Assembly (NCBI RefSeq): GCF_006345805.1
Contig: NC_043002.1
Coordinates: forward strand, 92,876,001 to 92,940,000
DNA from: Octopus sinensis
Taxonomy: Eukaryota
Length of the DNA stretch: 64,000 nt
Direction of reading: 5' to 3'
Shown here: positions 1 to 13,595 of the stretch, in pieces
Numbering within the stretch: the first letter of the stretch is position 1
Layout: each line of letters starts with the position of its first letter
Position numbers and translations under genes: made by a program
Notes under the pieces: generated by a model
What the model was told of the DNA's origin: nothing
What the model saw: only the letters and a program-made list of their open reading frames with translations
The model's database searches: none

Positions 1-2015
1 TGGTATGAATATGAATTCAAAGTCTGGATATAAACTCTGAAGGTTTCGAAGCAGTTGTCAATAAATATCCTCTTTTTCTTTGATTTTCAAAGAGATATTT
101 ATATCTGTAGGGCAGCTGGCCTCTATGATGATATATACCTTTGCACCTCTGTCCCAAACAACAATATCCGGCATGTTATGCTTACATTTGACAGAAGTTT
201 TGATGGGAATATTCCACCAGTATTCCTTAAGTTGGTGCTTATGAATGTATTCCATAACAGAGGAATTTTCTAAGTTTATCTCAGGACAGTCTTTTTGGTG
301 GATGGCATTGTAAATTGTTTTAGCAACAACATCATACCGCACAGGGAAGTAGTACCGTGACGAAAGTTTAGGACAGCTGCTAATCACATTCTACAGCAAC
401 ATGGCATAGCCTACACATACGGTTTACAAGAGTGTCACTGTCTCTCTTGTTCACCAGGTACCTTGTGGCAATGTCCTGTTCCTGGATTGCAAACGCCTTC
501 AAAGTATGATGTGATGTAGTGGTCTTGTCGCCAAGATAGGCTGCGCTTCGTGTCAATTCTGTCTTCTTTAAGCTTCCGGGCCACATACCCATGCATGGTC
601 TTATTTTTTTGTATACTGAGTGCTTTCCATCCAGGTCATCTCTGAGGTAAGAGAGCCCAGCTGTTTGGGAGCTGCATAAGAGATCATCAGGAAGAGAGTG
701 TTTCTTGAGGAGTTCGCTACCAACTCTTACAATGTTGCTCACTTCACTTTTCAGGACTACATTAATATATTCATTTATGCTGCTGTTGTTTATCAGGTGC
801 TGCCTGAATGCTGCCATGCGGTATTCGAAGGCCATCTGCACTGATCTCAGACCTCTACCACCTTCGTTTCTTCTTAGGTAGAACCTGTCAACATCACTGT
901 TTCTGTGGAAGTTCCCAGTTGCCAGGGTTTTGCGGGTTTTGATATCTATGGAGTAGATTTCCTCTACAGACCAATCAAGTATTCCAAATGTTGGGATCAG
1001 TACTGGTACTGCAAATGCATTGTGGGATATTGTTTTGTTGTTAGAGGAGGGTTCCGACTACCATATTTTCCTAAGACTGGTGTCACTCTATCTTTATTCA
1101 CAGTGCTCTCATAAAACACATTTTCATTTATGCCTAGGTACTTGTAACATTCTCTGTGTGGAGTGAGGGAAATAGAAAGACCGTTGATGCACAGGTTTTG
1201 GGTTTGGTGGACTGACTTTCCTCATTCTATAACCAAATATGAACATTTCTTTTGGCCAAATTCCATGCCTATATCAGCTGAATATGTTATTAATTCCAGT
1301 TGTTTTTTGGCATTGTTAATACTTTTAGCATAAATCTTCAGGTCGTCTACAAAGAAATTATGAGTTACATTGGTATTTCTAGCAGTTGAAGAGCCGAGCA
1401 TGTAACCATTTGTTTTCTGCGGGAGGAACGATAATGGATTCAGTGCTAAAAAGAAAAGAAGTACAGAAAGACTATCTCCCTGGAATATTCCCTTTGTAAT
1501 GCCTATGCTATTAGAAACAGTTATTCTCTTCTCAGTTGTAAGGGTAAGTATAGTTGTGCATGTCTTTGTGGGTCTCTCTATAGCAGCAATTAATGTAGTG
1601 TGTACCTTTGGCAGATGTAGGCACTTCAACAGCCATGAATGAGGGATAAAGTCAAATGCCTTCTTATAGTCAAGCCCTACTGTCATAAGGTTTTGCGTTG
1701 TTTTCTTACTTCAGACAACAAAGCTTTGTTTATTAAAAGTTGTTCGGCACATCCCCACACTCCCTTCTTTCCACCAACCCGTTTATCAGTCACAATGTTG
1801 TTCGACTCACAATGGTCCTGGAGGAATTGGTTCTGGCAACTTGTGTACAGTTTGTACATAATGTTTAGGCAAACAGTGAGCCTGTATTTTCCTGCCATCT
1901 CCGTGATTTCATTTTTGGCAACAAGATTTGTCCCTGCAGTAGCAAGCTAATTTGGTATATCAGTCAGATCTTCCATAGTCCTTTTGAACATACATATCAA
2001 CTGGTTTCTATAAAA
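1..2015 (-). mobile_element. Degenerate R4/Dong-clade non-LTR retrotransposon (RT + CCHC knuckle + restriction-like endonuclease), 5'-truncated
   Basis: Frameshifted ORFs give RT motifs (YRLTVCLN, LDYKKAFDFIPHSW, GIFQGDSLS, FFVDDLKIYA), a zinc knuckle (CRLCH...ISSC) and a PD-(D/E)xK endonuclease (KHNMPDIVVWD...IIIEASCP...KEKEDIY). The 5' junction abuts (CATA)n. Confidence 0.85.
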
Positions 2016-2121
2016 TGTATGTATGTATGTATGTATGTGTGTATGTACGTATGTGTGTATGTGAGTGTGTATGTATGTATGTATGTATGTATGTATGTAT
2101 GTATGTATGTATGTATGTGTG

Positions 2122-2155
<34 letters not shown>

Positions 2156-2305
2156 TGTATACATGTATATATGTGTGTATGTATGTATGTATGTATGTAT
2201 GTATGTATACATGTATGTATGTGTGTATGTATGTGTGTATATATGTATGTATGTATGTATGTATATATGTATGTATGTGTGTATGTATATTTGCATGTAT
2301 GTATG
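2015..2305. repeat. (TATG)n microsatellite
   Basis: Direct reading. Confidence 0.95.
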
Positions 2306-2314
2306 TTTTGTCGT

Positions 2315-2649
2315 TTACTTGTTTCAATCAATAAACTGTGGCCATGCACCGCCTTCAAGAATTTTTAGTCGAATGAATCGACCCCAGTACATTTATTAAA
2401 GCCTGGTACTTATTCTATCGGTCACTTTTGCCGAACCGCTAATTTACGGGGACGTAAACACAGCAAAACCGGTTTCCAAACGGTGGTGGGGGAACAAACC
2501 TAGACACACTCACAGACACACGCGTGCACGCATACACGCACATATACGACGGGTTTCTTACAGTGTCAGTTTAACAAGTCTACTCATAAGACTTTGATTG
2601 GCCCACTTGCCCAAGGTACCATGCAGTGGGACTGAACCCGGAACCATGC
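2315..2649 (-). mobile_element. tRNA-derived SINE, family A (partial)
   Basis: Matches the window's recurrent unit ggttccgggttcagtcccactgc...gggcaagtg...gtttacgtccccgtaa...gcggttcggcaaaag..accgatagaataagtac. Confidence 0.8.
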
Positions 2650-2699
2650 CCTCTAATCATTGTTCCACCACCTGTCTCTGTTTGTTTGTTTTTTGGTGT

Positions 2700-3040
2700 C
2701 TCAGTATATATGTACCAATACATATATACGTACGTACGTATGTATATATGTATGTATGCATGCATGCATGTATGTATGTATGTATGTATGTATGTATGTA
2801 TGTATGTATGTATGTATGTATATATGTATGTATGTATGCATGCATGCATGTATGTATGTATGTATGCATGCATGCATGTATGTATGTATGTTTGTATGTA
2901 TGTATTTATGCATGTATGTATGTATGTATGTATGTATGTATGCATGCATGTATGTATGTATGCATGTATGCATGTATGCATGTATGTATGTATATATGTA
3001 TGCATGCATGCATGCATGTATGTATGTGTGTATGTATGTA
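2700..3040. repeat. (TATG/CATG)n microsatellite
   Basis: Direct reading. Confidence 0.95.
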
Positions 3041-3171
3041 CTGTCAGTTACACTGTCTTGCCGCTGACTAAATTTTATATCACTTGCCCAAGGTACCATG
3101 CAGTGGGACTGAACCCGGAACCATGCGGTTGGGAAGTAAACTTTTTTCCCACACAGTCACACTTGCGCCTG

Positions 3172-3476
3172 TATGTATGTTTTGTTTTTAGATTTAAGTC
3201 CATTTTAAGAGGGTTCAGGCCGGTCCTTAACAAAGTGACAAGACTTTTTGTGTAAAGAGTTCCAGGTGTTTGTGAAGAGTTTGTGAAAAGTCCCAGGTGG
3301 TTGAGCTGTTGTCTTGAGCTGTTGGTGCACACAATCAATTTTGTGCATCTGTTTATTTGAAGAGTTTCAGATTGGAAATCTTGGAAATGTCTTACATACT
3401 TTCACCGCGCGCTTATAGAGTGGATCTGGAAAATAGGCATCAATTTCTTTTGCTTTTGTATGCATGTATGATTTTT
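3172..3476 (-). mobile_element. R4/Dong-like LINE 3' end fragment
   Basis: Translates ...KRAVKVCKTFPRFPI*, similar to the C-terminus of the copy at 35.5 kb (VNICKTFQKFII*). CATA repeats lie on both sides. Confidence 0.6.
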
Positions 3477-3489
3477 CTTTGAGTTTTAA

Positions 3490-4198
3490 GCTCTTGAGAG
3501 AGTTCAAATCAGTCGCTAAAAAAAAGCGAGAAGACTTTTTTTTAGTAAAGTGAGTTCCCGGTCTTTGTAAATCTGTGGTTGAGTTGGTGCGTTGGTTGAA
3601 CTGTCGATGCAAACATCGGATCTTTTCGGTTTGAACGGCAGTTTTTTCTAGCGGTGTCATATGAAAGTGTCACCCATAATTATGACCCTAGTATCGATCT
3701 ATTGCATTTCAATCTCTTTTAGGGTTAGGGGTTGGGGGAAGGGTATCTTTTTTTCTTCATAAATGTAAATAAACCCAATCTGTTTTTTAAACGAGGGACA
3801 TATTCATACGGCACAGAATGTTGTTTACCTCAATGGACGTCAGTGATTGGCTGAAATTGCAGAAATTGAAGAAAAAGCAACAAATATCTTACAAGCTATA
3901 GAATTTTCTCAATAGAGCCAAGAGAAAAAGTTGTTTTATAAACATATTCTACCAGTATACGAAGTTTAAAATTTTTTAGTTACCTAGAAATTATGTTAAA
4001 AACTGCCGATCAAACCGAAAAGATCCCAAACATCTAAGTGTGTGCATCTATTCACATAAGAATCTCAGCTGGAGAAATTTTGGAATCTCTTACAAATCTT
4101 CACTGCGCAACTAATAGATTGGATTTGGAGAATCTACGTCAGTTTCTTTTGCTCTTTCTCCGCGAAATCGAGTATGTTTAGGTTTTTGTGCAACGTAC
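3490..4198 (-). mobile_element. R4/Dong-like LINE 3' end fragment interrupted by a MITE
   Basis: LHKNLNILDFAEKEQKKLT*ILQIQSISCAVKICKRFQNFSS*; starts in (CATA)n and ends in CATACATGCATAC. Confidence 0.6.
3618..4026 (+). mobile_element. MITE, Merlin-like (TIR starts GGATCTTTTCGGTTTGA, 8-bp TSD)
   Basis: TIRs of about 28 bp; TSD CAAACATC at 3610-3617 and 4027-4034. Confidence 0.85.
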
Positions 4199-4528
4199 GT
4201 GCGTACGTATGTATGTATGTATGTATGTATGTACGTACGTACGTATGTATGTATGTATGTATGTATGCATGTATGTATGTATGTATGTATGTATGCATGT
4301 ATGTATGTATGCATGTATGTATGTATGTATGCATGCATGCATGTATGTATGTATGTATGTATGTATGTATGTACGTACGTACGTACGTATGTATGTATGC
4401 ATGCATGTATGTATGTATGTATGTATGTATGTATGCATGCATGCATGTATGTATGTATCTATGTATGTATGTATGTACGTACGTACGTACGTATGTATGT
4501 ATGTATGTATGTATGTATGTATGTATGC
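4199..4528. repeat. (TATG/TACG)n microsatellite
   Basis: Direct reading. Confidence 0.95.
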
Positions 4529-4904
4529 ACTGTCAGTTACACTTGCCACTGAATAAATTTTATGTCTTCCGCACATAGTAAGCCGTCCGATATTTTTCAG
4601 AGCTCTTATTCTTGCGTATTCATGAACATAGTCTGTTTGACAACGTCACAGTTAAAGCGTTCCGTTAAGAACTTATATTTAATCTGATAAACGTGTTAGT
4701 GATAAACGTGTTATATGATGCATATTGAGCCAAATACTTCGTCCAGGCTAGAAGCTGTTAAAGAAGAAGGAGAAAGATGGAGAATGGAAATATAAGTATG
4801 ATAGTGTGAGATATTGATATAACTGTAATATGTAATATCTGTCACATCTTTAGGATTTAATTGCCTTGTATTGTTAATCAATCTCCACAGAAAGTGTTCG
4901 GTCT

Positions 4905-4926
4905 TTGTAGTAGTAGTTGTAGTAGC

Positions 4927-5016
<90 letters not shown>

Positions 5017-5048
5017 AGTGGTAGTAGTAGTAGTAGTAGTAGTAGTAG
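4905..5048. repeat. (AGT)n microsatellite
   Basis: Direct reading. Confidence 0.95.
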
Positions 5049-5729
5049 CAATTGTTGTTGTTACAGCTGCTACCAGTCGTCATTGTCGATGCTATGCAGT
5101 CGCAATTCGGCTTGCATCGAGCAGACCCTTGATCACAGGCGTTCCAACTGCGACCACTCTGTCGTTTTTTCTACAGACATAGTCTACGTTGGATTACATA
5201 ATCATGTGTGTCCTCTCTTTTTTTTTTAAACTGGTGAGTGCGATTTGAGAGAGGTATGGTTTGTCGTTTCTAGTAGGTCAAGTGAACATATAGAAGCCCT
5301 TTGCCAGTTTGTCTGTCTGAATGTCGAGCCGTCTGTCTATCTGTCTGTCTCTTTGTCTATTTGCTTGAGCGCGTGTCTCTGTCCTTGAGAGACAGACAGA
5401 CTTCCTCTTTGAGTTTTAATTTTATTCTTTTATATTTTTTATTTTGCTTTGTTTTGTAAATGTGTGTTAAGAACAGAACGTAGACAAGTTCTCTGAAAAG
5501 ACTGAAGGATATTTTTTTTGAAAATGTCTGGAGAACATCGTGACAAAGTAGAGACGTTATCTGTTCATATTGTAGTAATAACACGGGCGACATTGACATC
5601 TCTGAGCTCTATTTTCTCTTTCCACCTTTTTTTAAAGCCAATCTCAACGCTGTTCAATGTTTAACCCTGATGAAAAATCATATTTAAAGAGTATTAGAAC
5701 ACTGAAAGTTCTTGTAAATATCCGTTCTC

Positions 5730-5944
5730 CGAGGGGGGCGCTGAAAAATTCCTGGTATCGCGAAAGGCCTGGTTGGATGCCCAACTTTTCCAAGTTCTTT
5801 TAGGGGGCTTAGGAAAAAAAACTGAAGGGCCGTTGAAATAAGTATGTGAATCTGAGAGGGGAATATGTTGAATAAAACCATAATTAATTGATCCTCCTGT
5901 ATTTTCTTTACCCAAAGTCAGGAACACTTTTCAGCACCCACTCG
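5730..5944. mobile_element. mariner-like MITE
   Basis: Inverted ends cgagggg..gctgaaaaattcctg / caggaacacttttcagcacccactcg; related copy at 41921-42150. Confidence 0.55.
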
Positions 5945-6125
5945 CAATAGCGCAGTGGTTAGGGCAGCGGACTCGCGGTCGTAAGAACGTGGTTTCGATT
6001 CCCTGACCGGACATTGTGAGTGTTTATTGAGCAAAAAACACCTAAGCTCCACGAGGCTCCGGCGGGGGTGGTGGTGAACCCCGCTGTACTCTTTTACCAC
6101 AACTTTCTCTCACTCTTTCTTCCTA
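5945..6125 (+). mobile_element. SINE family B, 5' part
   Basis: Head cagtggttagggcagcggactcgcggtcgtaag...ggtttcgattccc plus body. Confidence 0.75.
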
Positions 6126-7692
6126 CTTCTGCCACAAAGCAGAGGAACCATGGTGTAACCCACTATGGTGAGGTAAACTTTCAGACCCTTGTCTAGATTG
6201 CGAATCCTCTGTACCCCAGGATGGTTCAGCTCTCCACCCGTTAAAAAAAAAAGCCACCGTTTACGGAATGAGGATAACAACATAGCTTTCGCGCCCGTGC
6301 AACCGCCAGTCTATCGCGTGTGGTGGGTGGATCTTCAAGTAGCCTCACGCATTCTTAGTTGCTTAGAGTAGGCTCGAATTAGAGATTATTGTTCGTGGCT
6401 AATGGCGTGAGTCCTGATTGGAAGAAGAAGAAGACAACAACGCATACAGATCGAATACATCTGGAAAACAATATGGCTGGTGGTTATATAGTTTATCGTC
6501 TCATTGTTTCAAAATGTCATTATCGATGACACAGTAGATAACGGAATTGCTGAAAAGCATTGCAGCATTTGGTTCGGGTAGAAGGAATTTCTGCTGTTAG
6601 TGGTTAGTGCCATTGCCAGGCACCACATATAACGATGCAAATGTTGGCGGTTTCGCCACCTGTTGTCTATAGGGGCCAGTCCTTTTCCCAGATAATATAG
6701 CTACTCTATAACTCATCCAATCTCTAACAAATTTAGCTTCTGAATCGTAAGAATTCGGTTTCCGTAGCAATAAGCGAGTGGTACTGAACGTAATTGCTTT
6801 AAAAAGTCCTTGGTTGCACTACTACTTTGATACATAACGGTAAACTAGAGAATTAGCAGAAGCCATGGCATAGAGTGATCGAGCTAGCTAATGAGAGAGA
6901 AGGGGGAGACTGTGTGAGGGAGAGGGGGAAATAAGAGAGAGAGAGAGAAAGGGGGAGGGAAAGAGAGTGCGTATGAAAGAGTGAGAGAGGGAAATAGTTA
7001 TTTTTTAAAAAATTTTATATGTTGATCATTGAAGTCGATAATATATCTAACGAATGAATTACTACGCCTTTTAATAGAGTCAAACTATTTTTTAACTGAA
7101 TTATTTCGGCGATAGGAAGATAAGCGATGATTCAACACTGTGTTTGATTAATTCTATTTGTTGAAATATGGTGGAATGTATATTTCTATATCATCATCCA
7201 TCAATCATTGATTTCTTTTCTTCTTGTTGGCCTTGTCTATACATTCAAAGATTGAGTTTATTGATTGGAAAAGAATATTTTAAATAATGTCTCAAAATTA
7301 GGTTAGAAGAAAATATTCTTGGAAAAAAAAACTAAAACAAAACAAACAAACGCCGTTTTAACGTTTCTAGCGGAGTCTTTTATGTAAGAAATTAAACCAC
7401 ATTGTCAATTCTAGCCTCTAGTTGTTTGTTATCTCTCCTCCTCTTCTTCTTCTCTTCTGTGAAATTACGACTAACCGTCTTGGCTTATAGAAGCTATCAG
7501 AGAGAACTAATGAGCAACAATAACAAAAAACAAACAAACAGAAAAAGAAAAAAAAGAAAAAAAAGAAAAAAAAGAAAAAAAGAAAAATGAAAGAGGAAAG
7601 GAAAGAAAAAAAGCGACTACTTCAAATGCAAATAATAAAAGTCTGAGTTCACATTTGAATTTAATCTTTTATCTTTTATCTTTTACTTGCTC

Positions 7693-8045
7693 TAGTCATT
7701 GGACTGCGGCCATGCTAAAGCACTGCCTTGAAGGGTGTAGTCGAAAAATTGACACCAGTACTTATTTTTATGACTAGTACATATTCTATCGGTCTCTTTT
7801 TTTTTTACCGAACTGCTAAGTTACGGGGATGTAAACAAATCCAACGGTAGAGGGGACAAGCACAAACACAAACTCTCACACACATATGCGACAGGCATCC
7901 ATTAGTTTCCGTCCACCATATTCACTCACAAGGATTTGGTCGGCCCGCGGGCTGCAGTAGAAGACACTCGCCGAAAGTGCCACGCAGTGGGGATGAACTC
8001 AGAACCATGGGATTAGAAAACAAACTTCTTACTATGCAGTCACCT
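7693..8045 (-). mobile_element. SINE family A (diverged)
   Basis: Similarity to the other A copies across tail, core and head. Confidence 0.7.
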
Positions 8046-8367
8046 GCAAGAAGACAAAGGCTGGAGGTAAATTCACAAAGAAAAAAAGAAAAAACGTTAG
8101 GTTTTATTGTAAAGAGAAAAATAAATCCTGCCCTACCATTAAATCTTAGATAACCTACACATCTCCCCGACAAATCCACTGTTTATAAATACAACATACA
8201 TTTCTCAAATCTTCACAATTCTTATGATTATAACCCGGGATGAAACCATTGGCCATAGTGTGCCATTGAACGTTCGAAGTCCCACAATAAACTTTTACGC
8301 TATACATACATTGCTTTCTCCTTTCCTTGAGGACAGTAGTCAACAGTACACTCTTCCTACCTCTTGT

Positions 8368-8404
<37 letters not shown>

Positions 8405-9573
8405 TATATCCAAGTGCAGAATAAAGCAGGAGATGCGGTTAAGAATTTTCATTGTAACATCATGAAGTGTACATACTCTTTACTCGTGTTTCATTAGCAT
8501 ATGCCATGCGGTATGCGGTAATCATTTCATAGACGATTGCATAATCCTGTTAGAACGCCAGATCGTCGGACGAGAAAAGTAATTTAATTACAAGGCAGAA
8601 CCGAACTGAGAAATATCACATGCATATACGCGCGCGCACACACACACATGCAGCTCCCCACACCCACTCACTCATACACACACTCACTCACATGCTTACG
8701 TTACGTGTGTCTTTGATTGCGTGTGTTTATATTTGCAACTGTCTAAAAACTGATTTTTTTAACGTTGTGTCTCTTTATGTCTGGTAACTTGGGATTTGAC
8801 AGTAAAACGAGTACCAAACCAAAGTACGTACTGGGGGTCGATTTAATCGATTAAACTCTTAAAAGCGGTGGCCCCTTATGACCCTAATCCAATTCGAAAC
8901 AGTAAAAAACTAAACGAATCTCCCCTTTCTCATTCTTTCTCCTTATGTATATTAATCTAGTCATCTCTCTCTCTCTCTCTCAGGAAAAGAAAGACGGTCA
9001 CATGAAGAAGCGAAAGATGGACGATGGTTACGTGTGAGCAACTAGAGAGAGAGAAAAAAGAGGGAGAGAGAGGGAGAGACATATATATATACACACACAC
9101 ACACACACATACACACACATATATATATATTATTCATTTACATGTTTGTTAGTTTGTGTGTGTGTCTATGAATATGCATACATACGAAAATACATGGAGC
9201 GCACAGATAAATTCCCACTCACATGTACATATACGCATTCAAATCCTACGCTTTTTCTGAAGCTTTCGTGTGTTCATGTAGAAATCCTCATTTCCTCCCT
9301 TGTTTGTCAGGCTATGCTTATGGCAAGGTATGTCAATATTCTGGGTGAAAATCATTCCTTTACAGATGTTAAACTGACATACCAAGCGTATCCCTTCAGT
9401 ATCATAGGTTACGGTCGAACGAGCGCCATTTTATAACGATGTATTATATACTCCATATCAAATTCTGTTCGCTTACGGACAATTGACGTTACGCTCTGTA
9501 TTCTCATAATAACACACTCACGCGAGCACACGCGCTCACTTGCATACATATACACACACGTATATAACATGGC

Positions 9574-9840
9574 CATGTATAAAGGAATACATGCAAGTAT
9601 ATCTTTATACACAGTTATACATATTACATACATATATAAATGTGTACATACGTAGGTACGTATAATATATACGCATATATATATATGAATATGTATACAC
9701 ACATAATCATGTATAAAGGAATACATGCAAGTATATCTTTATACACAGTTATACATATTACATACATATATAAATGTGTACATTACATAGGTACGTATAA
9801 TATATACGCATATATATATGAATATGTATACACACACACA
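9574..9840. repeat. Tandem duplication, 134-bp period
   Basis: catgtataaaggaatacatgcaagtatatctttatacacagttatac... starts at 9574 and again at 9708. Confidence 0.85.
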
Positions 9841-9899
9841 CACACATATACGTATATATATGCATATACATATACATACACGTATATATATGTATATCT

Positions 9900-9952
<53 letters not shown>

Positions 9953-10118
9953 ATATATATATATACACATATATATATATACATATATCCATATGAATAC
10001 ATATATGTATATACATAAATAAGTGTGTATATATATATGCATATATATATTATATATGTATATAACTAATGTAGGATAATTTTTTTTTCGAAAAAAATTT
10101 TATCAATGGCCATTTTTA

Positions 10119-10150
<32 letters not shown>

Positions 10151-10324
10151 AGTATACATATATATATGTATATTTTATACGTGCATATATATATATATAC
10201 ATATGTGTGTACACACACATATCCGTGTGTATGTGTGTGTATTCACTATTGCAAAAGGCACCTTCACAAGCACTCACGCCCACACGCTAACTTATATTCG
10301 TCTGTCTGTGGGTGTACGAGTGCC

Positions 10325-10367
<43 letters not shown>

Positions 10368-10676
10368 TATATATATATATATATATAATATATATTTGTC
10401 TGTTTTTTTGTTTGTTTGTGTATGTGTTTCGTATGTGCGTATATATTATGTATATGCGTACGTGTATGTGTGCGTATGTGTTCTCATCGCGTATGTAGTT
10501 TACGTAATTCAATTAAGAGTGTAATCAGTTGTCTTGAAGATACGGTAGGTGGAGCGAGTGAGTGGAGCGGGAAGAGTGTAAATCTGTGTAATGTTGTACA
10601 AGTATAAGCGATGGCGGAGGAGGAGGAGAAACCGGGGATCATTGAATGCAATTTGACAGGAAGCCATTATATCGTG

Positions 10677-10832
10677 ATGGTGGTGGTGGTGGTGGTGGTG
10701 GTGGTGTGGTGGTAGTAGTAGTAGTTATGATAATGATGATGATGATGATGACCGAGACGATGATGGTGATGATGAAGATGATGATGATGATGATGGTAAT
10801 GGTGGTGATAATGGTGATAATGGTGATAATGG

Positions 10833-10876
<44 letters not shown>

Positions 10877-11035
10877 GCAGTGGTGGTGATAATGGTGATG
10901 AGGATGGTGGTGACGGTGATGGTGATGATAATTGTGATGATGATGATGATGGTGGTGGTGGTGTGGTGGTGGTGGTGGTGGTGTTGACGTGGTGGTGGCG
11001 TTGATGCTGCTGCTGGTGGTGGTAATGATGATAGT
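10677..11035. repeat. (GAT/GGT)n compound trinucleotide microsatellite
   Basis: Direct reading. Confidence 0.95.
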
Positions 11036-11539
11036 ATGGCGCTTAGAGAATCATTCTGTTGAGGTTTTGTTACAAGCAAATCTATTTAATTTGCCTTTTA
11101 CGTTTTTTGTTCCATTTCTTTTTTCTAATTTCTTTCTGTTTTTTTTTTGTTTTTGTTTTTGTTCTTCTTCCATGGTCTATGATGTTTGCATTGTTCTCGT
11201 TCATTATCTGTATTGATAAAGAAGTTAATGTAGTCGCTGTTTTGTCCATAGCCAGGCCTTGTTTGAGCTGACAGACTTATGACTATAGGCATTCTAAGAA
11301 ATTGTGAAAGTTTGGCGATAAAAAAAGTGGATTTATGAAATTGTTTAGCGTTCAACGAAAAAACAGAAGCCCTTTCTTTGGTAAAAAAGACATTATTAGG
11401 CACTGTCTTCAAATATCTGTTATATGTCTCGATGAGAAAAATTTCGAAAGAGAAGTAAACGAAATCGTTTCGTCAAAGCAAACAGTCACGTGACTTACCG
11501 AAGAACTCTCGTGTAATGTACCTGAGAAACCATAAGACA

Positions 11540-11931
11540 TCTTTATATATAAAAGTGAGGTTGTGTGCTGTCTGTCTCCTACGATTTAGATCCCTAACTA
11601 CTCCCACATTTTGCGGTGCAGTTTAGCCAAAACCGGGTATCTTATAGTTGTGATTCATATCGAGCCCTTCTGGGTATTAGCGCGCGTCTACGATGAGTCT
11701 ACGATTAAAAAAAAATTTCCATCATTTTTTTCCATTTTAATGCATTTTTGGCATATATAAGGGAAGTAACTCTCTAAAAATTTATTATTAAATCTCAGAA
11801 CGTAAAAAGCTACAGTAACACCCCCCTTTGTGGTTAGCCATATTGAGATGGCTATTATACTTTACATCTCTAAAAATGCTTATGTGGTTATTTCCCTTAC
11901 AAACCCGAGCAACGCCGGGCGATACTGCTAG
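11540..11931 (+). mobile_element. Non-autonomous Helitron (family 1)
   Basis: A|TCTTTATATATAAAAG 5' end; GC hairpin cccgagcaacgccggg at 11904-11919; terminal CTAG|T; inserted at an AT site with no TSD. Confidence 0.85.
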
Positions 11932-12144
11932 TTCTATATAATTGAACCTTATTTCCTTTAACGTTTAGAAGGATCTACAGGCACATGCTAACATGGTCCA
12001 GTTGAAGCTTTTTTAAAAGAGGGTTTCATGAGAGAGTTTTGTTTTGAAAAACTTGACCGGTTTTGAATCACTTCACGGAAAAAATAAAACAAAAAACAAC
12101 AACAAAAGTAACAAAAACAAATTATAACGAAACCATAGGCACAG

Positions 12145-12300
12145 GCGTGGTTGCGTGGTAAGAAGCTGAGCTTCCCAACCACATGGTTCCGGGTTCAGTC
12201 CCACTGCGTGGCACCTTGGGCTAGTGCCTTCTACTACAGCTTCGGCCCAACCAAAACCTTGTGAGTGGATTTGATAGACGGAAACTGAAAGTCCGTCGTG
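12145..12300 (+). mobile_element. SINE family A head and body, running into (TATC)n
   Basis: aggcgtggttgcgtggtaagaagc...ggttccgggttcagtcccactgcgtggcaccttgg. Confidence 0.75.
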
Positions 12301-12386
<86 letters not shown>

Positions 12387-12387
12387 A

Positions 12388-12862
<475 letters not shown>

Positions 12863-13171
12863 CAAAAGAAAGGCAAGAAATATTAAGCGATTATCTCCCT
12901 TACACCGGAAGAAATCACTTATTACCTCCCCGTATCTGGAACTCTCTTTCACTCTCCTTCACACTTCTCAACGTAAACATAACGATGTAAGAAATTTGAA
13001 AAGCTGAACGCGAAACCGGTCTTTCTTCAAAAACTATGTCATTGTATGAAAAAAATTTATAACATTCTTCAGACATAATGACTCAAATATATATTTTTTA
13101 ACCTTCTAAAATAAGCCTTCTGTAGTTTTTTCACTTTTTACTATTTTCTCTCTCTCTCTATATATATATAT

Positions 13172-13378
13172 AGTTAGTCCAAACATGAACAAAGAGAAAA
13201 CACAATAACACGAGGACGTGGAACAAGTATAGTGTTATTGAATGCTCAGGAAAGGAAAGATGGAAGTAGGATTTAACGTTTCAAGCAGAGCTCTTCGTCA
13301 GAAACATAGTAAAAGCAAAAGTCCGAGGAAGGGAAGACGGAGAAAGAAAATCGCAAACGATATACACGCGGTCACATA
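13172..13378 (-). mobile_element. Penelope-like element 3' (pLTR) remnant next to (TA)n
   Basis: Reverse copy of 31921-32131; contains ctgacgaagagc...gaaacgtt. Confidence 0.6.
13271..13305 (-). ncRNA. Minimal type I hammerhead ribozyme-like motif
   Basis: GTTT CTGACGA A GAGC TCT GCTT GAA ACGT T AAAT. Confidence 0.45.
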
Positions 13379-13448
13379 TTGAAAATATATATATATAACT
13401 TACTTGGAAAAGAATGCGTGGCGTTCGATCATGTAATAATATAAATAA

Positions 13449-13595
13449 CTAGCACTACAACCCGGCAACGCCGGGTCATAGTGCTAGTGCGTGCGCACAT
13501 ACACGCGAGTACTGTCAAAATCTCCGACCAATCACATACAGCTAGCTGGCATTCAATTGGCGTATCAAGTTTCGGGCATTTTGATTGGGTTTTCG
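13449..13595 (-). mobile_element. Non-autonomous Helitron (family 2), 3' part
   Basis: Terminal CTAG inside a long palindrome; body matches 19484-19650. Confidence 0.6.

Noticed and set aside
11499-11521. 23-nt minus-strand exon with a GTAAGT donor overlapping a GTCACGTGAC E-box
   Set aside because: It is isolated with no partner exons, and such signals are expected by chance in 64 kb.
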